Of a DNA stretch of 64,000 nt, positions 37,849 through 52,260 are shown piece after piece. Origin of the DNA: Octopus sinensis (taxonomy: Eukaryota). Position 1 is the first letter of the stretch. Every line of letters starts with the position of its first letter. The stretch spans positions 40,052,001 to 40,116,000 of the forward strand of contig NC_043010.1 of NCBI RefSeq assembly GCF_006345805.1, in the 5' to 3' direction. A program made the position numbers and the translations under genes. The notes below the pieces were generated by a model. It worked only from the letters and a program-made list of their open reading frames with translations, ran no database searches and had not been told where the DNA came from.

Positions 37849-38549
37849 TATATAATTAGGGCTTAGTAAAATAAATTACTTTGCCACATACTGAACTTAG
37901 TAGAAATAGCAGCCAAAAAAATTTTCTTAGCATTTCTACTACTTAAAGAAAATTTCTCTCAGATAATGTTTACTCTAGACAGCTCACGAAGGTTTGGGGG
38001 TAAATACAGAAAAAATCACAAGTACATAGATCGTTTGAGTACGTCAACGTTTCAAGATTAGCCAAATAAAATCAGCATTTCTTTCGTCAGCTCAAAATTT
38101 CTTAATTTGGATTTGGAAACACTAAAAAGAAGGAACTTTACCTATCAGCAACTTGTCGCTTCAGATGAACCACTCCAACTAACAGTGTCAACAAATTCAA
38201 AATGCGCAGGCGTAAAATTCTGCACTCCCCATTCCACCACACGTGGTCTATCTAGCAACACATTATTTTTAACCGCGAGAACCGAGGCAGTATGACCGAG
38301 AGAAATGAATTATAATATCAACAATTGAGGGTAAAATTAATTAATTAATCAATTTCACCAAGTGTTCAGTATGTAAAAGGACCATTTAAGGCGAATTCAA
38401 AATATTACATTATATAATTAGGGCTTAGTAAAATAAATTACTTTGCCACATACTGAACTTAGTAGAAATAGCAGCCAAAAAAAATTTTCTTAGCATTTCT
38501 ACTACTTAAAGAAAATTTCTCTCAGATAATGTTTACTCTAGACAGCTCA
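37849..38549 (-). mobile_element. Retrozyme-like non-coding element: 562-bp unit with ~138-bp terminal direct repeat and hammerhead ribozyme
   Basis: Direct repeats at 37849-37986 and 38411-38549; (TA)n flanks; HHR at 38034-38096. Confidence 0.7.
38034..38096 (-). ncRNA. Type I hammerhead ribozyme motif, canonical core
   Basis: tttgag-CTGACGA-aaga..gctga[ttttat]ttggc..tctt-GAA-acg[ttga]cgT-A^ctcaaa; 6-bp perfect stem I; GUA site. Confidence 0.85.
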
Positions 38550-38559
38550 TATATATATA

Positions 38560-39790
38560 AACTTAGAAAAACTTAGATATGTTTCGACCAAAGATTGGTC
38601 CAGGCCATGTCTAACTTAATAGCACCACCTGATAGGATTATTCGAATCCTGTTTAAGTCAAGTTTCGTTTGAGTCAAGTTTTGTTCAAGTAGTGAGTTCT
38701 TGTTGGGTGAGTTGTATCCAATTATGGCTGGCTTATCTGGTATTCTTTGAAGGAATCTATCCAGACTCCGTTTAAAGTTGATGGGATCTTTTCTCTTTGA
38801 TCTCCCCTCGGGACAATGTTAAATAGGGCAGGGCCTGTTGAGGAAAATAAATTATGTTGCAGTGTACATGTATGTTGTGTATCTTGAATTGGGCAGGGGA
38901 CGTATAGCCGTGGTCCCAGTCTTGGATGAACCTTGAAGCTAATGTTAAGGTCGTTTGGGCAAAGTTGGCGATATATTCTCCACATCGTACAAATGATGTA
39001 CCGCTCACTGCGACGCTGGGGGGGAGTAAATTTCAAGGCTTTAAGGCGATCAAAATCGAGAGCAGCCATGCCTTCAATTCGTTTTAGTGAGTGCCCTCTG
39101 GGGTGACTCAATTTTGGAGATGTTTTGTCTTGCATGGGGAGACCACAGTGGGCAGCAGTATTCAAGGTGTGGCCGTACAAAGGAGGAAAAAAGTGGTATG
39201 ATGACACTTTGTTCTCTGGACCGGAAAGTTCTTAAGATCCAGGAACTCATCCTACGAGCTATATCGACCTTCTTGTTGATGTGTGCACTCCAGCTGAGAT
39301 TGTCATCAACAATTACACCCAGGTCTCTGATATTGTTAGAGGCTGTGAGCGGTTCCCCTGAAGGAAGAGAGTATGGTTGTTTTAGTGAGGAATTTCTTCC
39401 AAAATGCATCAGGTCAAATTTTCCCTCATTCAGTTGCATTTTGTTTCTGTCTGTCCATTGACTCACAGATATAGATCAGACTGGAGTTGAGTTCGGTCTG
39501 CTTCTTCATTGACGATTTGCTGCTTAGTGTATCAAGCAAAAATTTTCACTTTGCAGTAATGTACAACACTGGAAAGGTCGTTTATGTAAATTATGAAGAG
39601 TAGCGGACCCAAAACAGTCGCCTGGGGAACACCGCTGGTGACTTTTGCTGGGCTTGAGTGGACTCCATCAACTACAACATGTGGTGTTCTATTCGCCAGG
39701 AAATATCCATTTAGAAATCTGTCTATCCAGCTGTCTAGATGCTTTTCTACGTATCTCACTTGACCAGGAGGACTTGATATCATCAGACGG
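38560..39790 (-). mobile_element. CR1-group LINE, 5'-truncated RT/3' fragment
   Basis: SGVPQATVLGPLLFIIYINDL..KIFA, RDLGVIVD, RPHLEYCCPLWSP; 3' UTR ending catggcc..gacca-atctt-tggtc-gaaac. Confidence 0.9.
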
Positions 39791-39929
39791 TACCCAACAT
39801 TTATATATATACAGAGAGAATAAGAGAGAGAGAAGTGTGCGCGCGTGTGTGTTTCTGTGTGTATGTGTGCGTGTATTTTATATATTTATGTGAGTGTGTG
39901 TATGTGTTTATATATATATATATATATAT

Positions 39930-39996
39930 ATGTATACATTTATAAATATGGCCAATATATATATATATATATATATATATACATTTATAAATATGG

Positions 39997-40051
<55 letters not shown>

Positions 40052-40063
40052 TTATAAATATGG

Positions 40064-40070
<7 letters not shown>
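39930..40070. repeat. Minisatellite: atacatttataaatatggcca + (TA)n, three units
   Basis: Direct inspection. Confidence 0.85.
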
Positions 40071-40134
<64 letters not shown>

Positions 40135-40139
<5 letters not shown>

Positions 40140-40533
40140 TCTTTTATTTGTTTCAGTCATTTGACTGTGGGCATGCTGGAGCATCGCCTATAGTCGAGCA
40201 AATCGATCTCAGGACTTATTCTTTGTAAGCCTAGTGCTAATACTATCGGTCTCTTCTGCCGAACTACTAAGATAGGGGCGTAAACACACGGCCATCGGTT
40301 GGCAAGTGATGTTGGGGGGGAAAAAACACACACACAAACATATACACACATACACACATATATATATACATATATACGACGGGCTACTTTAATTTTTCCC
40401 CTACCAAATCCACTCAAAAGGCTTTGGTCGGCCCGAGGGTATAGTAGAAGTCACTTGCCTAAGATGCCACGTAGTAGGAGTGAACCCGGAAACATGTGGT
40501 TGGTAAGCAAGCTACTTACCACAAAGACACTCC
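40135..40533 (-). mobile_element. SINE family A (another partial copy at 40790-40980)
   Basis: Reverse complement of the family A head, microsatellite and tail. Confidence 0.85.
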
Positions 40534-41954
40534 TATATATATATATATTGCTTTGAATTTCTAGTCGAATGTCTACTGTGGGATGCTTTTGAACCAGCTG
40601 TTAAGTATCCCTCCCACGAAAGATCGATGCCGGTTGGGTCGAAACAATTGTAGTGATTGATAAAAATTCTCGTCTTTCCCATCTTCCATCTTTCTTTAAC
40701 CAAATACATAACGAACACTGTGAAAGTGATCGTACTTTACCAATAAGCTACCAGGCATAAACCATTTGTTTTATTATTATCTAACATATATCTACGACGG
40801 GCTTCTTTCGGTTTCCGTCTACCAAATCCACTCACAAATCTTTGGTCGGTCCGAGGATAAAATAGTTTACATGTACTAAATTCAATTGTAAGACATTTGC
40901 CAGTCCAGGAATATGGTAGCAGATACTTTCCCAAGTTGCTACCGCAGTGGCGCTGAAGCCGAAACCCTGTGGTTGTAAAGCTAGTTATATATTATATTTC
41001 TATCTACGCCTTTAATTAAATAATCGTCTCGAATGCATTGTAATTAACAAACGTTTAGAACTCCGTGTAAATCCTCATATGATATTATATACATTGCAAT
41101 ATTTAACAACTCATATCTGAGAGCGCAATAAATTAGAAGAGTTGGTTTAAGTGTTTTTATTGCATAATGATTTACCAATAAATGTCTGTGTGTGTGAGTG
41201 TGTTGTGTAAGGGTATGTATATCTCTATGTTTGTAGATACACATGGGTATGTGAATGTATGCATAGACACACACACATGAAGTAACAATTGCGTTTCTAT
41301 CTGGAACTGGAAGGAAAACAAAAGGAAAGATGAAGAAAAATGCTTTTGTTCACAAATCATACAATAAAGATGATTTTATTTTTCAAAAGAGAAGGCCTAT
41401 TTGACAATGCAAATGCGCAATCTTTTATGAAAACTTCAAACTGCATTTTGGCATATTTCAGGCGTTATCGAAATTGTCTATTTTTTTCACTGGAATTTTT
41501 TAAATCATAAATCTCTTTGTTGAATTTCCTGTTTTTAATGCCATTCTTAATATGGCTCTGAACGAGAGTGTTCTACATTTTTGTAACATCAAAGAGGATT
41601 GCCGCTAAAATAGGTGGTTCTACATTCGCTAGCTCTCACTTTGGTAACCTTCTTTCCAAAGCTTCTTTGCGTGATACGTGAGAAATTAGCAAAGACAACC
41701 GGCTGCACATGATATGTGGGAGATAAATTCTTTTCTGGAGAATTTATCTCTAATTTATCTTATCAAATGCCCTTATCATGACTATTGAAAAGGTTGCAAG
41801 ACGCAACGAAAATTTTAGGAAAATAAAAATAAGAAATAAGTGGAAATTTTACCGTTGAGTATGCTACATTATAAGGCACAAAAAGAAAATGACTCTTCAA
41901 CACACGAACTCACATAAAGAATCTTGCAAACCAAATCTAAAAACGAAATATGTC

Positions 41955-42302
41955 TTTTACTTGTTTTTGTTATTAGACTGCGGCCCTGCTGGAGCACTAC
42001 CTTGAAGAATTTCTAGTCGAATACGTTGCCGCATGTATTTGTTTTTTTAAAGCTTGGTCGTTATTCTATCAGTTATTTTTGCCGAACTGCTAGGATACGG
42101 GGACGTAAACACACCAGTGCCGGTGGTCAAGCAATGATAGGACGATGTCACAGGCAAAACACACACGCACACATGCACACACATACACACACACATATAT
42201 TTGTATACGATGGACTTCTTTCAGTTTCCATCTACCAAATCCACTCACAGGTTTTCTGTAGGACCGAGGCTTTAGTAGAAGACACTTGTCCAAAGTGCCA
42301 TA
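41955..42302 (-). mobile_element. SINE family A, diverged, head truncated
   Basis: Tail and body match. Confidence 0.75.
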
Positions 42303-43269
42303 CAACTATGTTTACGGAGTCTTTAGTTGCAATATCTACCTCAATCAAGGATGTTGATCATCCAACCTAGAAATCGACATCCGGGCATAAGTTTCTGCCA
42401 GTTCTGCTGCATTAAATTCTAATTGTGAGGGTTTACCTGTGGTAATATTTAACTCGAATTTCATTGTCTTGTAGTGCTTTCAATCAATTCTTTTAATATA
42501 GTAATGGCAACTCCTTTCCCTCCCTCTAATGCTTGTGCCATGTGCACTTTATCGAGAACTGATAATTTATTTTTTCTTTATGGTTGTACGAGCTGCCATG
42601 TGTGTGTCCTGTCCATTCCATATACTGCATGTTTTTGATAAATTTTTGGGCGTTCTTCTAGAAATAAATTAAGTCACTTCATATCCTTACGTTGCATCAC
42701 TCTTCCTGATGTAAGTATATCTGGAACACCGCTTGATTCCATAAACATTGTTTTCTTACTTGCTTTCACTCTTGTATTCTCACACTTGTTTCTCGCTCGT
42801 ATTAATTCATTTTCGTATTTGGAGGTCTCTTTAAAAATGTTGGATTAGGACATTGCTATGAGCGTACATTACAATAATATTCTCTTCCATATATGATATT
42901 TTGAATTCAGTGCAATACTTATGAATGAACGAACAGGAACGAAAATTATTACCACCGCTTTACTCTTTGAATGTTTGCAACTTACAATATTACACATAGG
43001 AGGCCCACACGTTTTTGTGACGTGTATGTAAATGTTCTTGTGAGTTTAGGTGCTATTTTAGGCATATTGCTCAAAGAAAGAAAAAAAACTTAAATAATGT
43101 TATTTTAGATACACTACTATTAAAAATAAAGCAGCCTGCACTGTTACATATCTCCCTTTAGGCTTAGAAATGGCTGATAAACGACAACAACAAAAATAGT
43201 AACTTCAAAAGTTAGTCAAACTTAATCAGCCAGTTATTATTTCTGTTTTTAGTTTTTTTTCTTTTATTT

Positions 43270-43468
43270 CTCTTTTATCTTTTACTTGTTTCAGTCATTT
43301 GACTGCGGCCATGCTGGAGCACCGCCTTTAGTCGAGCAAATCAACCCCCGGGACTTATTCTATTGGTCTCTTTTGCCAAACCGCTAAGTTACGGGGACGT
43401 AAGCACACCACCATCGGTTGTCAAGCGATGTTGGGGAGACAAACACAGACACAAACATATATACATAC

Positions 43469-43538
<70 letters not shown>

Positions 43539-43893
43539 CGTGTGTACCGTTGGCGATTTTTTCCTCCGTCTTCCCTTCTCTGGATCTTTCCTTCTCCTAT
43601 GTTTCCGACGAAGAGCTCCGCTCGAAACGTTGAACCCTCCTTCTTTCCTTCTTTCCTGAGCGTCCAATAATACTATATTTGTTCCACGTCCTCGCGTTGT
43701 TCTGTTTTTTGTGCTTTCTTGTTTGGATTAACTATATATATATATATATATATACGACGGGCTTCTCTCACTTTCTCTCTACCAAATCCACTCATAAGGC
43801 TATAGTAGAAGACACTTGCTCGAGGTGCCATACAGTGGGAATGAACCTGGAACCATGTGGTTGGTAAGCAAGCTATTTACCACACAGCCACTT
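43270..43893 (-). mobile_element. SINE family A with a family C element (43539-43735) nested in its internal microsatellite
   Basis: SINE halves flank the (TA)n-bounded insert carrying ccgacgaagagctccgctcgaaacgtt. Confidence 0.82.
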
Positions 43894-45357
43894 TTGTTTG
43901 GCAGCTGATGTTTAGTTATTAGTTGTTGTTTTTTTCTGCAACAGCATATGATTACATGATAATTTACATCATAAGCCATTATAAATTCACAGATACGATT
44001 AATGTGGCCTGCTTATCTCAATGTCGCTATGTATATTTAATGAAACATATACATTATTGCAAATTGATCCCTGAACCTCTACACTATCTCTGAACCTACT
44101 GGAAATTTCATACGAATAACCTTTCGAAATTACACAACCTGCCATATTAAATAAGAAAAACGAACACATCGAATGATGATATGAGTTTCCATGTCAATTA
44201 ATGACCAACTTCGTAACAGTTTACTACATAGCATTATAGATTCATAGGGGCGATTAAAGTAACCGTGTTCGTGTTCATATCAAATGCCCTTATGGAAACG
44301 AAGATACATTTGAAAAAAAGATCAAAACTAATTTATACGTGGTTGATCAGTCTGTTAGAAACATATAGGAGCAATCAAACTGTCCATCAACATCACTCGT
44401 ACAATCTTAAAATACGAAGGACACGTTAGAGAAATTAGTCCTGCATACAATATCGTCTAAATATAAATATAATAACATTCACGGCTTCAAGGCATTTTGT
44501 CATGAATAAACTGCACCAGGGCATTAGGGGTAGTTAAATCATGATCATGGTGAACAGCATGACGAGTTTCACAGAGCGACTGCTGATTAGAACACCGAAC
44601 TCATTTTTCAATTTAGATGCAATTTATTACAAAAGACAAGAAGCTAACTTTTGTTTCTATTCGATCATATGCAAATGCTAAATTTTGATATGATGTATTA
44701 TAATTTCTTTTTTTTATCGATCACAATAAGCCTCTTATGATAAATCGATTCAGTAACACAGCTGTGATGCTGCTAGGAGTTGTTTACTTATTTTTCGGCA
44801 GAACACGCCCCAAAAGATATATTACACCTGAGAGATTTCCTTTCCAAAATGCAAACTAGGGTAAAGCTTTTTCCTCATAGAAAGCCAGCAGACTTCTCTC
44901 TTCTTATTGATATTGCCCATGAGAAAGGCACCAATGCCGTACCACGAATTACCCTCAGAAACCAAATAAATGGAACAAGGTTAAAAAGTTTAACAATTCC
45001 ACTTCTCCATTCCTATGGACATGTATATTTTCTTAATGATCTCGAAAGGATCTAATACCTTGGTTGTATTTTGAACTCAAATCTCAGAGGTCAGAACAAG
45101 TCCCGAGAGTAATGCGTAAAGCTTTGTTAAATACAATTAGACGACGTACTAGTTAATCTATTAAAGTCGAAATCTCAACTAACAGGTATGCTCAGTCTAT
45201 CAGGCAAATATATCTTGAAAATTATTGTTTTACTTTAGAAGTTTATTGGGATTAAGTCAAAAGAAACAACGAAAATGCTTTAGTTCTGTTCTAGCATTTG
45301 CAAGATGCTGGACTTCGTTGAAACTGTTCAACCTAAATGTACTCTAAGCGAAATATA

Positions 45358-46579
45358 TTGGGTTATCCGGAAAGTCTGCGCCAATTTTTAAAGGAAAGAA
45401 AAAGGTTAATAAATACTTGCCATTACATTTTTAATCAACCAAATATGAACCATTTTGTTGCACAATGTGTCTCCATCTTTCCTTTAACTTGAAAATACCC
45501 TCTTCCCAGAATTGAGGTGGTTTCATGGCAAATAATTCATCAAGGTATCTTTTTACGTCATCCAAGGAATTGAAATTTTTACCTTTAAGACTATTCTGCA
45601 GCGACCTAAATAAGTGGACACCCGAAGAATTTGGTGAATATGGAGAGTGGGGTAACATATCCCAGCCGAGCTGCAGCAATTTTTGTCTAGTTCCCAAAGA
45701 AACGTGCGGTCTTGCATTAACATGTTGGAAAACAACGCACTTCCTGTTTCGCCGATTCTGGACGTTTCTCTTGAATTGCTGCTTTTAACTCGTCCAGTTG
45801 TGTGCAGTATTTCTAAGAATTAATTGTCAGGTTACTTGGGAGAACCTCATTGTGCAGAATTCCTTTCCAATCTCACCAGACACAAATCAAGACATTTTTC
45901 GTGTGAAGACTCGCTTTTGGGTTGGCTAAGAGTGGCTCATGATCGCTTTCTCTGAACATTTCGGTAGATTATCCATTTCTCATCACTTGTCATAATTTGC
46001 TTGAAAAAAAGGCGCGTTTTCATTCCGTTTATAAAGCGAATCATCGATAGAAATGCGATCCAAAATGTTCTTCTCACTCAACTCATGTGGTACCAAACAT
46101 CGTAGCGATTTGTGTACCTAAGCTTTACCAGGTGCTCATGAACAACGGATTTTAATAGGTTGAGGCTTTCTGTCAATTCTCGGGTTGTGCAATGCGGTTT
46201 ATTCTCAATTAATGACTTGATTTGGTCATCATCTCTAGTGGATGGTCTGCTTGATCGACTTCCGTACAGTTCTTTCGGATAAAGAAACATCACCGTAAAA
46301 TGCGCATATTTCTGTGGTTGCTTGTGAGGCATTTTTCCCTTTATGGGAAAAGTAAAACATCAAGTGCCGAAAAGTAACTTTCTTATCTTCCATTTTAAAG
46401 GGTTACAGAATTAACACAGGGTATTGGAACATAAACCTTCTTCCACGAAAAGATAGGTAGGTTAAACTGTGCTCTAAATGGAGGTGTAATCAAATCCTAT
46501 ATTATGGACTCAACCATGTTCTAAAATAAGTCGAAAGGTAAGCTACTATAAATCGGTACGAACTTTCCAGACAACCAAA
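45358..46579 (-). mobile_element. Near full-length mariner transposon, degenerate transposase
   Basis: TIRs ttgggttatccggaaagt / actttccagacaaccaaa with TA flanks; GWDMLPHSPYSP..HLFRSLQNSL..FWEEGIFKLKERW; ~1.22 kb. Confidence 0.92.
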
Positions 46580-46989
46580 TACCTAATCTGATATAATGTG
46601 ATAGATTATTTACCCACAAAGATGTCGACACAATTACTTTGCATATTTAATGTCAGGGTGCGTAGTTTGATAGAAGGTCGTTAATAAATTAGACAAATAT
46701 AAGAAAGATAAGAAGGACAGGAAAATTTAAAGACTAGATGCACAAACTTTAGTCATACAATTTACGTACAGTAGTTCGCCGTTCGTAAACAAAAACGACC
46801 ATGACTGCTAACAAACTGATTTGCAATTTACAAATCGTTTTTCCTTCATGTTGACATTAAATCGAGAACTTATTTGTCTTCAAATAAGATTTATCAACAC
46901 TAAAAGCAAACCTATGTTGTTTCGGTGCCGTTGTGCATATGTGCGCGTGTGTGTGTATGTGCGTGCGTGCGTGTCTTAGTGTGTGGTGT

Positions 46990-47209
46990 GTGTGTATATC
47001 ATATATATATATATAAACGTATATATATACATATATATATATATGTATATACTTATATATATACTTATATACATATACATACTTATATATATATATATGC
47101 TTATATATATACATTTATACATATATATATATATATATACAGTTATATATATATATATATACTTATATGTATATATACATTTATATATATATACTTATAT
47201 GTATATATA

Positions 47210-47299
<90 letters not shown>

Positions 47300-47307
47300 T
47301 ATACATA

Positions 47308-47345
<38 letters not shown>

Positions 47346-47415
47346 ATACATCCACACACACATATATATATACATATACATATACATATATGTTTGTATA
47401 TATATATATATACTC
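46990..47415. repeat. Long degenerate (TA)n microsatellite
   Basis: Direct inspection; one of many such tracts. Confidence 0.95.
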
Positions 47416-49656
47416 TTATACGGATGTATATGTCATACTTTAGCTGACAGCTGTTAAACCAAGTGATATCTCCCTAGAGTGAAGGACGTATGAAACCCGT
47501 CCTGATAAATTACATTTTAGTATAGCAGAGCATGCGAAAACAGCTCAAAAATCCCAAATGCATCTTACGTACTTTCATTTGCCGTTTAGAAAAACAAAAA
47601 AAATAGCTTACTTAAATATTATTTATATATATTTTTATAGCATGTTTACTTATCTTAACTTTTGAAACATTACTGCTATGAAATTTTACCTGAAATCATT
47701 TACAATTGCTGACAATAATCGTGTAACAAAGAAAATGAAACAAAAACAATGGTTTTTAAATTATAAAATTTATAAAAAGAAAATCGAAATCTGACAAAAA
47801 CAACAGCGCAGACGATTTCAATGGAGAAGTTATTAATTGCTGCCCTATGACTTATTTTGAATACATTAAAGCTACATAGAACATCTTTTATTTGCAAATG
47901 TTTAATTTCTTTTGGAACAAACCCAAGAAATATGATAGTCGATGTAGAATATGCTAAGAAAACAATGCAAAAGATAAAAAGACAACGTAAAAGAACAAAG
48001 ACAAACTGTAATACAAGGAAAACAACAACATAATATTACAAAATCATCATCAATATTTTATCCCATCGGTAAAAGCTTTCTAGAAAGCAATTCGTCTTAA
48101 GAAGTGATAACAACAACAACAATAACAACAAAAAAGAGAAATAGAAGACAAGGAAAGAAGACAAGAGAGGAGAGAAGAAGAAATAAAAATGAGAATAAAT
48201 ATCATAAAGAGAAGGAGAGGTGGGTGAGATGAAAACGGTAAAGATAAATAAAGAGAACATAAAGAGCAAAGAAAAGAAATAATTATAAGTGTGGAAATAG
48301 AGAAATGCAGAAAATACATGGTGAAAATCTAGAGACAAGGTGAAAAACAAAGATAGGAAATAAGGGAACTGAGGCGTATTTGGTTTCCCTTATTGATTTA
48401 TATTCAAATAGTTTTACTTCATCAATTTATTTTCCATATTGTTCTAAGTTAGTTTATATTTTCACTTTTGTTTTCAATTTTTTTTTTTGTTTTATACCTT
48501 AGCGAAAAGGGTTTTTCTTTTCACTCTTGATAAATATGTTCTGCATTGCCCTCTCCTAAGATGTTTACTCCAAGGAAGATTAAAAAGCGATATCCCATTA
48601 GAAATAAAATTCCTTAGCAAAAACAGAATAATTTACACGAATGCCTCGTCTTATAGTGTTGTACTAATAGGAGATTGGGATGCCTTGATACTTTGCACAT
48701 CGTTATCGGCGATGGATTAACCCAGTGGTTATGAAAAGTGTTTAATAAAGACATTGAAACATTTGATGTATCAGGACCCAGTTATATCTAACCGACGCGG
48801 GCGTCTCTACGTGGTCTGTAGCTATACTTTGTATTGCAGCGCGATTGTCTGCCGCACACTCACACGCACATACACACACGCAACACACTTACACACATGT
48901 ACGCATATACATGTGTGCATGTGCTTGCGTATGTTTGTGTATGTGTGTGTGTATGCGTGTGTGAGAGAGAGAGGGAGATACAAGTGTCGAGATGTAGGAA
49001 GAAGGTTAGCTTCAAGCAAGCCGTAGAAAATATTAAAAATAAGTTTATGGAACAATTGTCATTTATTGACGCGGAAAGTTGCGGATTTTGTTTCCGTATT
49101 GAAGTATGGTAAGCTGTTTTATATTTCACGGTAGACAGCTAGGATTGCCAGATATTCAAATTTAATTCAAGAGCTAACGAATAGAGTAGATAATATTTAA
49201 TCAAAATACTCTTGGCATGAAGAGTACCCTATGGTATACACCTCGCTTGGTTATTTATCACTTCCGAATTTTCACTCAATATGAAATATATATAGTCCGA
49301 ATATTGTCTACTCCATTCCTAACACAATTATTCAGAATCAAAGTGAAGAGAATTTAAGACGCATTTGATCTGAAATTCATTCATTTTATTATCAAACACC
49401 TGTTATTCTAAATGCGCTGAGTGCAAATTACTTTGCTCACCCCCCCCCCCACACACGTATACATACAACTACATGCATTCAAATATATATATATAATTCA
49501 AATTACGATGAACATAAAGAAAAGTTTGCTTTAGAAGCGTTGAGATGTCTTAGAAAGTTAAAGAAGTGATTTTAATTCTCAAACGCAGGATGATGCTAAT
49601 AATATAGCCTGAACAAGATAAGCTACCCCTAGTTTGCAGAAAAAAGTATTGGCGGC

Positions 49657-49721
<65 letters not shown>

Positions 49722-49934
49722 CATATTTAAATACAAGCATACATACATTAACGAAAAATTCCAGTGAAATTAATGAAGGTAGAGTCAGTAGATCCAGTGG
49801 TAATCTGGGTGGAGTGCTGGTATATGGATAAGGAAAATTGCGTAAATTTCGGGCAGCGGTTCAGATGTGCAAGTTCAAAGACTAGGAACTTGAGTCAGGT
49901 TCAAACTGGGGTAATCACGTGAGCGTATAATATA

Positions 49935-50265
49935 TAGTTGAAATTTATAGAAAAACATAAGACGAAGACAAGTATATGAACAACAAACAAATGTATTAGT
50001 TTGACGTTCAGGAGAAATATAAAGTCTTTTACGTTTCGAGTCTACGCTCTTCAACGGAAAGGAATAAGAGAACATAAATAGAGAGTGAAAATACTTGTAA
50101 AATTTAATCGGTCCAGATGTCACTCTGACTCTCTCTGTTTATTTTCTCTTATTACTTTCTATTAAAGAGCGTAGGCTCGAAACATAAAAGACTTTTTTTC
50201 CCGCGCCTCAAACAAAAAACACTTGCTTGTTGATACACCTGTCTTCGTCTTTCGTTTATCTATAA
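49935..50265. mobile_element. Inverted pair of family C elements
   Basis: tttacgtttcgagtctacgctcttcaacgg (minus copy) faces aagagcgtaggctcgaaacataaaagac (plus copy). Confidence 0.7.
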
Positions 50266-50302
50266 ATATCAATATATATATATATATATGTATGTTTGTA
50301 TG

Positions 50303-50334
<32 letters not shown>

Positions 50335-51354
50335 GATGTATGTACGTATGTATGTATACGTGTATGTAAGTATGTGTATGTACATGTATAGGTGTATAAC
50401 ATTTCTTTTGTTTGTAACTATCGCCTCCTTTTGTGATAATACCTGTCAGCATTCCTGTTTGATTTTCTCTTTAATTTAACCACTGTTTTTCAAGTAACAT
50501 TTATATTTCGACATATTTTTGGCGTCTTATACAAAAATTCTTCTCAATGAAAACAAAGTTTTATTTTATTTGCTTCTCCCACTCTCACTAATCCCTATAT
50601 ATCTATCTCGTTCTTGTATTTAACAACATTTATCTCACCCATTAAGATTTCTGGCGAAGCAATATATTTTTCTCAAGAACACATAATAATTTACAAGTCT
50701 TAGAGAAACATTTGGATTTGGAATGTAGTCTATAATAGAAGGTCTACTGAGGGACGGTGCAGAAACGCAATAACAACATACATTGTGGAGACATGTAGCA
50801 CAGGAGAATGGGTAGGTGTGCACAGGCGGGAGCTCAACGGAGAAAAGTTCGTCAATGCTCTACTAACATGTTCACACAGTAATCAATTTTTGATTTTCAG
50901 TAGCAAATGACCCTAAGAATAAATTATTTTAAGGATACACGCAGTGTTGTTTCCGAAATTCTTCTATATATTGCATCATAATATTTTAACTCTCAAAATT
51001 ATAAATAATAATGGATCATGCCATCCCAAAATTTATATCCTTTTCTACACACGCCTATGTTCCCTTCTCGTTTTGTAGGCATTAGTGTGTGACTTAAAGA
51101 CAATTTACCTCTTAGTTTTAGCAGGCGAAGCGATTGTAGCAATGTCCGTTCTTCAGATCTTTTGTTTAGATGTTTTATCTTCAGTTATTGACGTTTCAAT
51201 GTATACGGGAAATATAATTAAGAAGGAAATAAAATCATACAACCGCAAAAATATATTACACTAAATTTTTGAACGATAACGAAGAATTTTCTTCTAACAT
51301 TAATTTTATAGCTAAAATTATCGTTTTCTTACTTTTTTGGTATCATTCTAGCTT

Positions 51355-51838
51355 GAAAATGAGAGAGATATATAGAGAGGCGAAGAAAGAGAGAGAGAGA
51401 GAGAACGAGAAGGAAAGTCGGAGTGAAAGCGAGAGATAGTCGGGAAATAGAGACAGAGGAGGAGAATATATGAATAAAATATGGGGGAAAAGATACAGAG
51501 ACTGAAAATGAGGGACAGAGAGAGAAAGATAGAGGGGTAGAAAGATAGAAACAAACAAACAAACAAATAAACATAAAAGAAATGAAAAAAAGAAAGAAAG
51601 AGATAAACGTATATCAGGCAGAGAGACAAGTGAAAAGACGAAGAGTATGCTTTGAGTTAAAGTGAGAGAGATACACATTTATGAATGAGTGAGACTGACA
51701 AAACATGTGTGGGTAGAGTGTGTGAGAGAGACAGAGGGAGAATGGGAGGAGGATTTTGAAAGAAAGACAGAGAAAGAATATGTTACAGAGGAAACTGAAG
51801 AAAAAGAAAAGGTAAGAGTTGACGATGGTGATGATGGA

Positions 51839-51873
<35 letters not shown>

Positions 51874-52260
51874 ATATAGTAGCGAAGTCGAAGAGAAAGT
51901 AGTAGAAAAGGAAAAAAATGTAAAAGTAATATTACAAAAATACAAAACGAATCGAGAACAACAACAACAGCAGCAACGACAACAACAACCACAACAAAAA
52001 ACAACCGGATGGAAGGGGAAAAGACAAAGAACAAGAGCTGGAGAGGGGGCGAGAGAGAGACACTGAGAGAAATAGAGTGAGAGAGAGAGCGTGAGATAGA
52101 GAGAGAGTGACAGACAGAGAGACAGATTAAGAGAGAGAGTGAGAGAGAGAGATAGACTCGCAGACAGAGAGACAGACAGACGAACTGACAGAGATAGACA
52201 GACACTGACAGAGAGAGAGAGGCAGGCAGGCAGAGAGGCATACGGCCCATCAGACAGAGA
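51355..52260. repeat. Purine-rich low-complexity tract with (GA)n, (GAT)n and (CAA)n
   Basis: Direct inspection. Confidence 0.9.

Noticed and set aside
51689-52066. 125-aa acidic/poly-D/poly-Q ORF
   Set aside because: Lies in a purine-rich simple-repeat tract; no recognisable domain or splice evidence.
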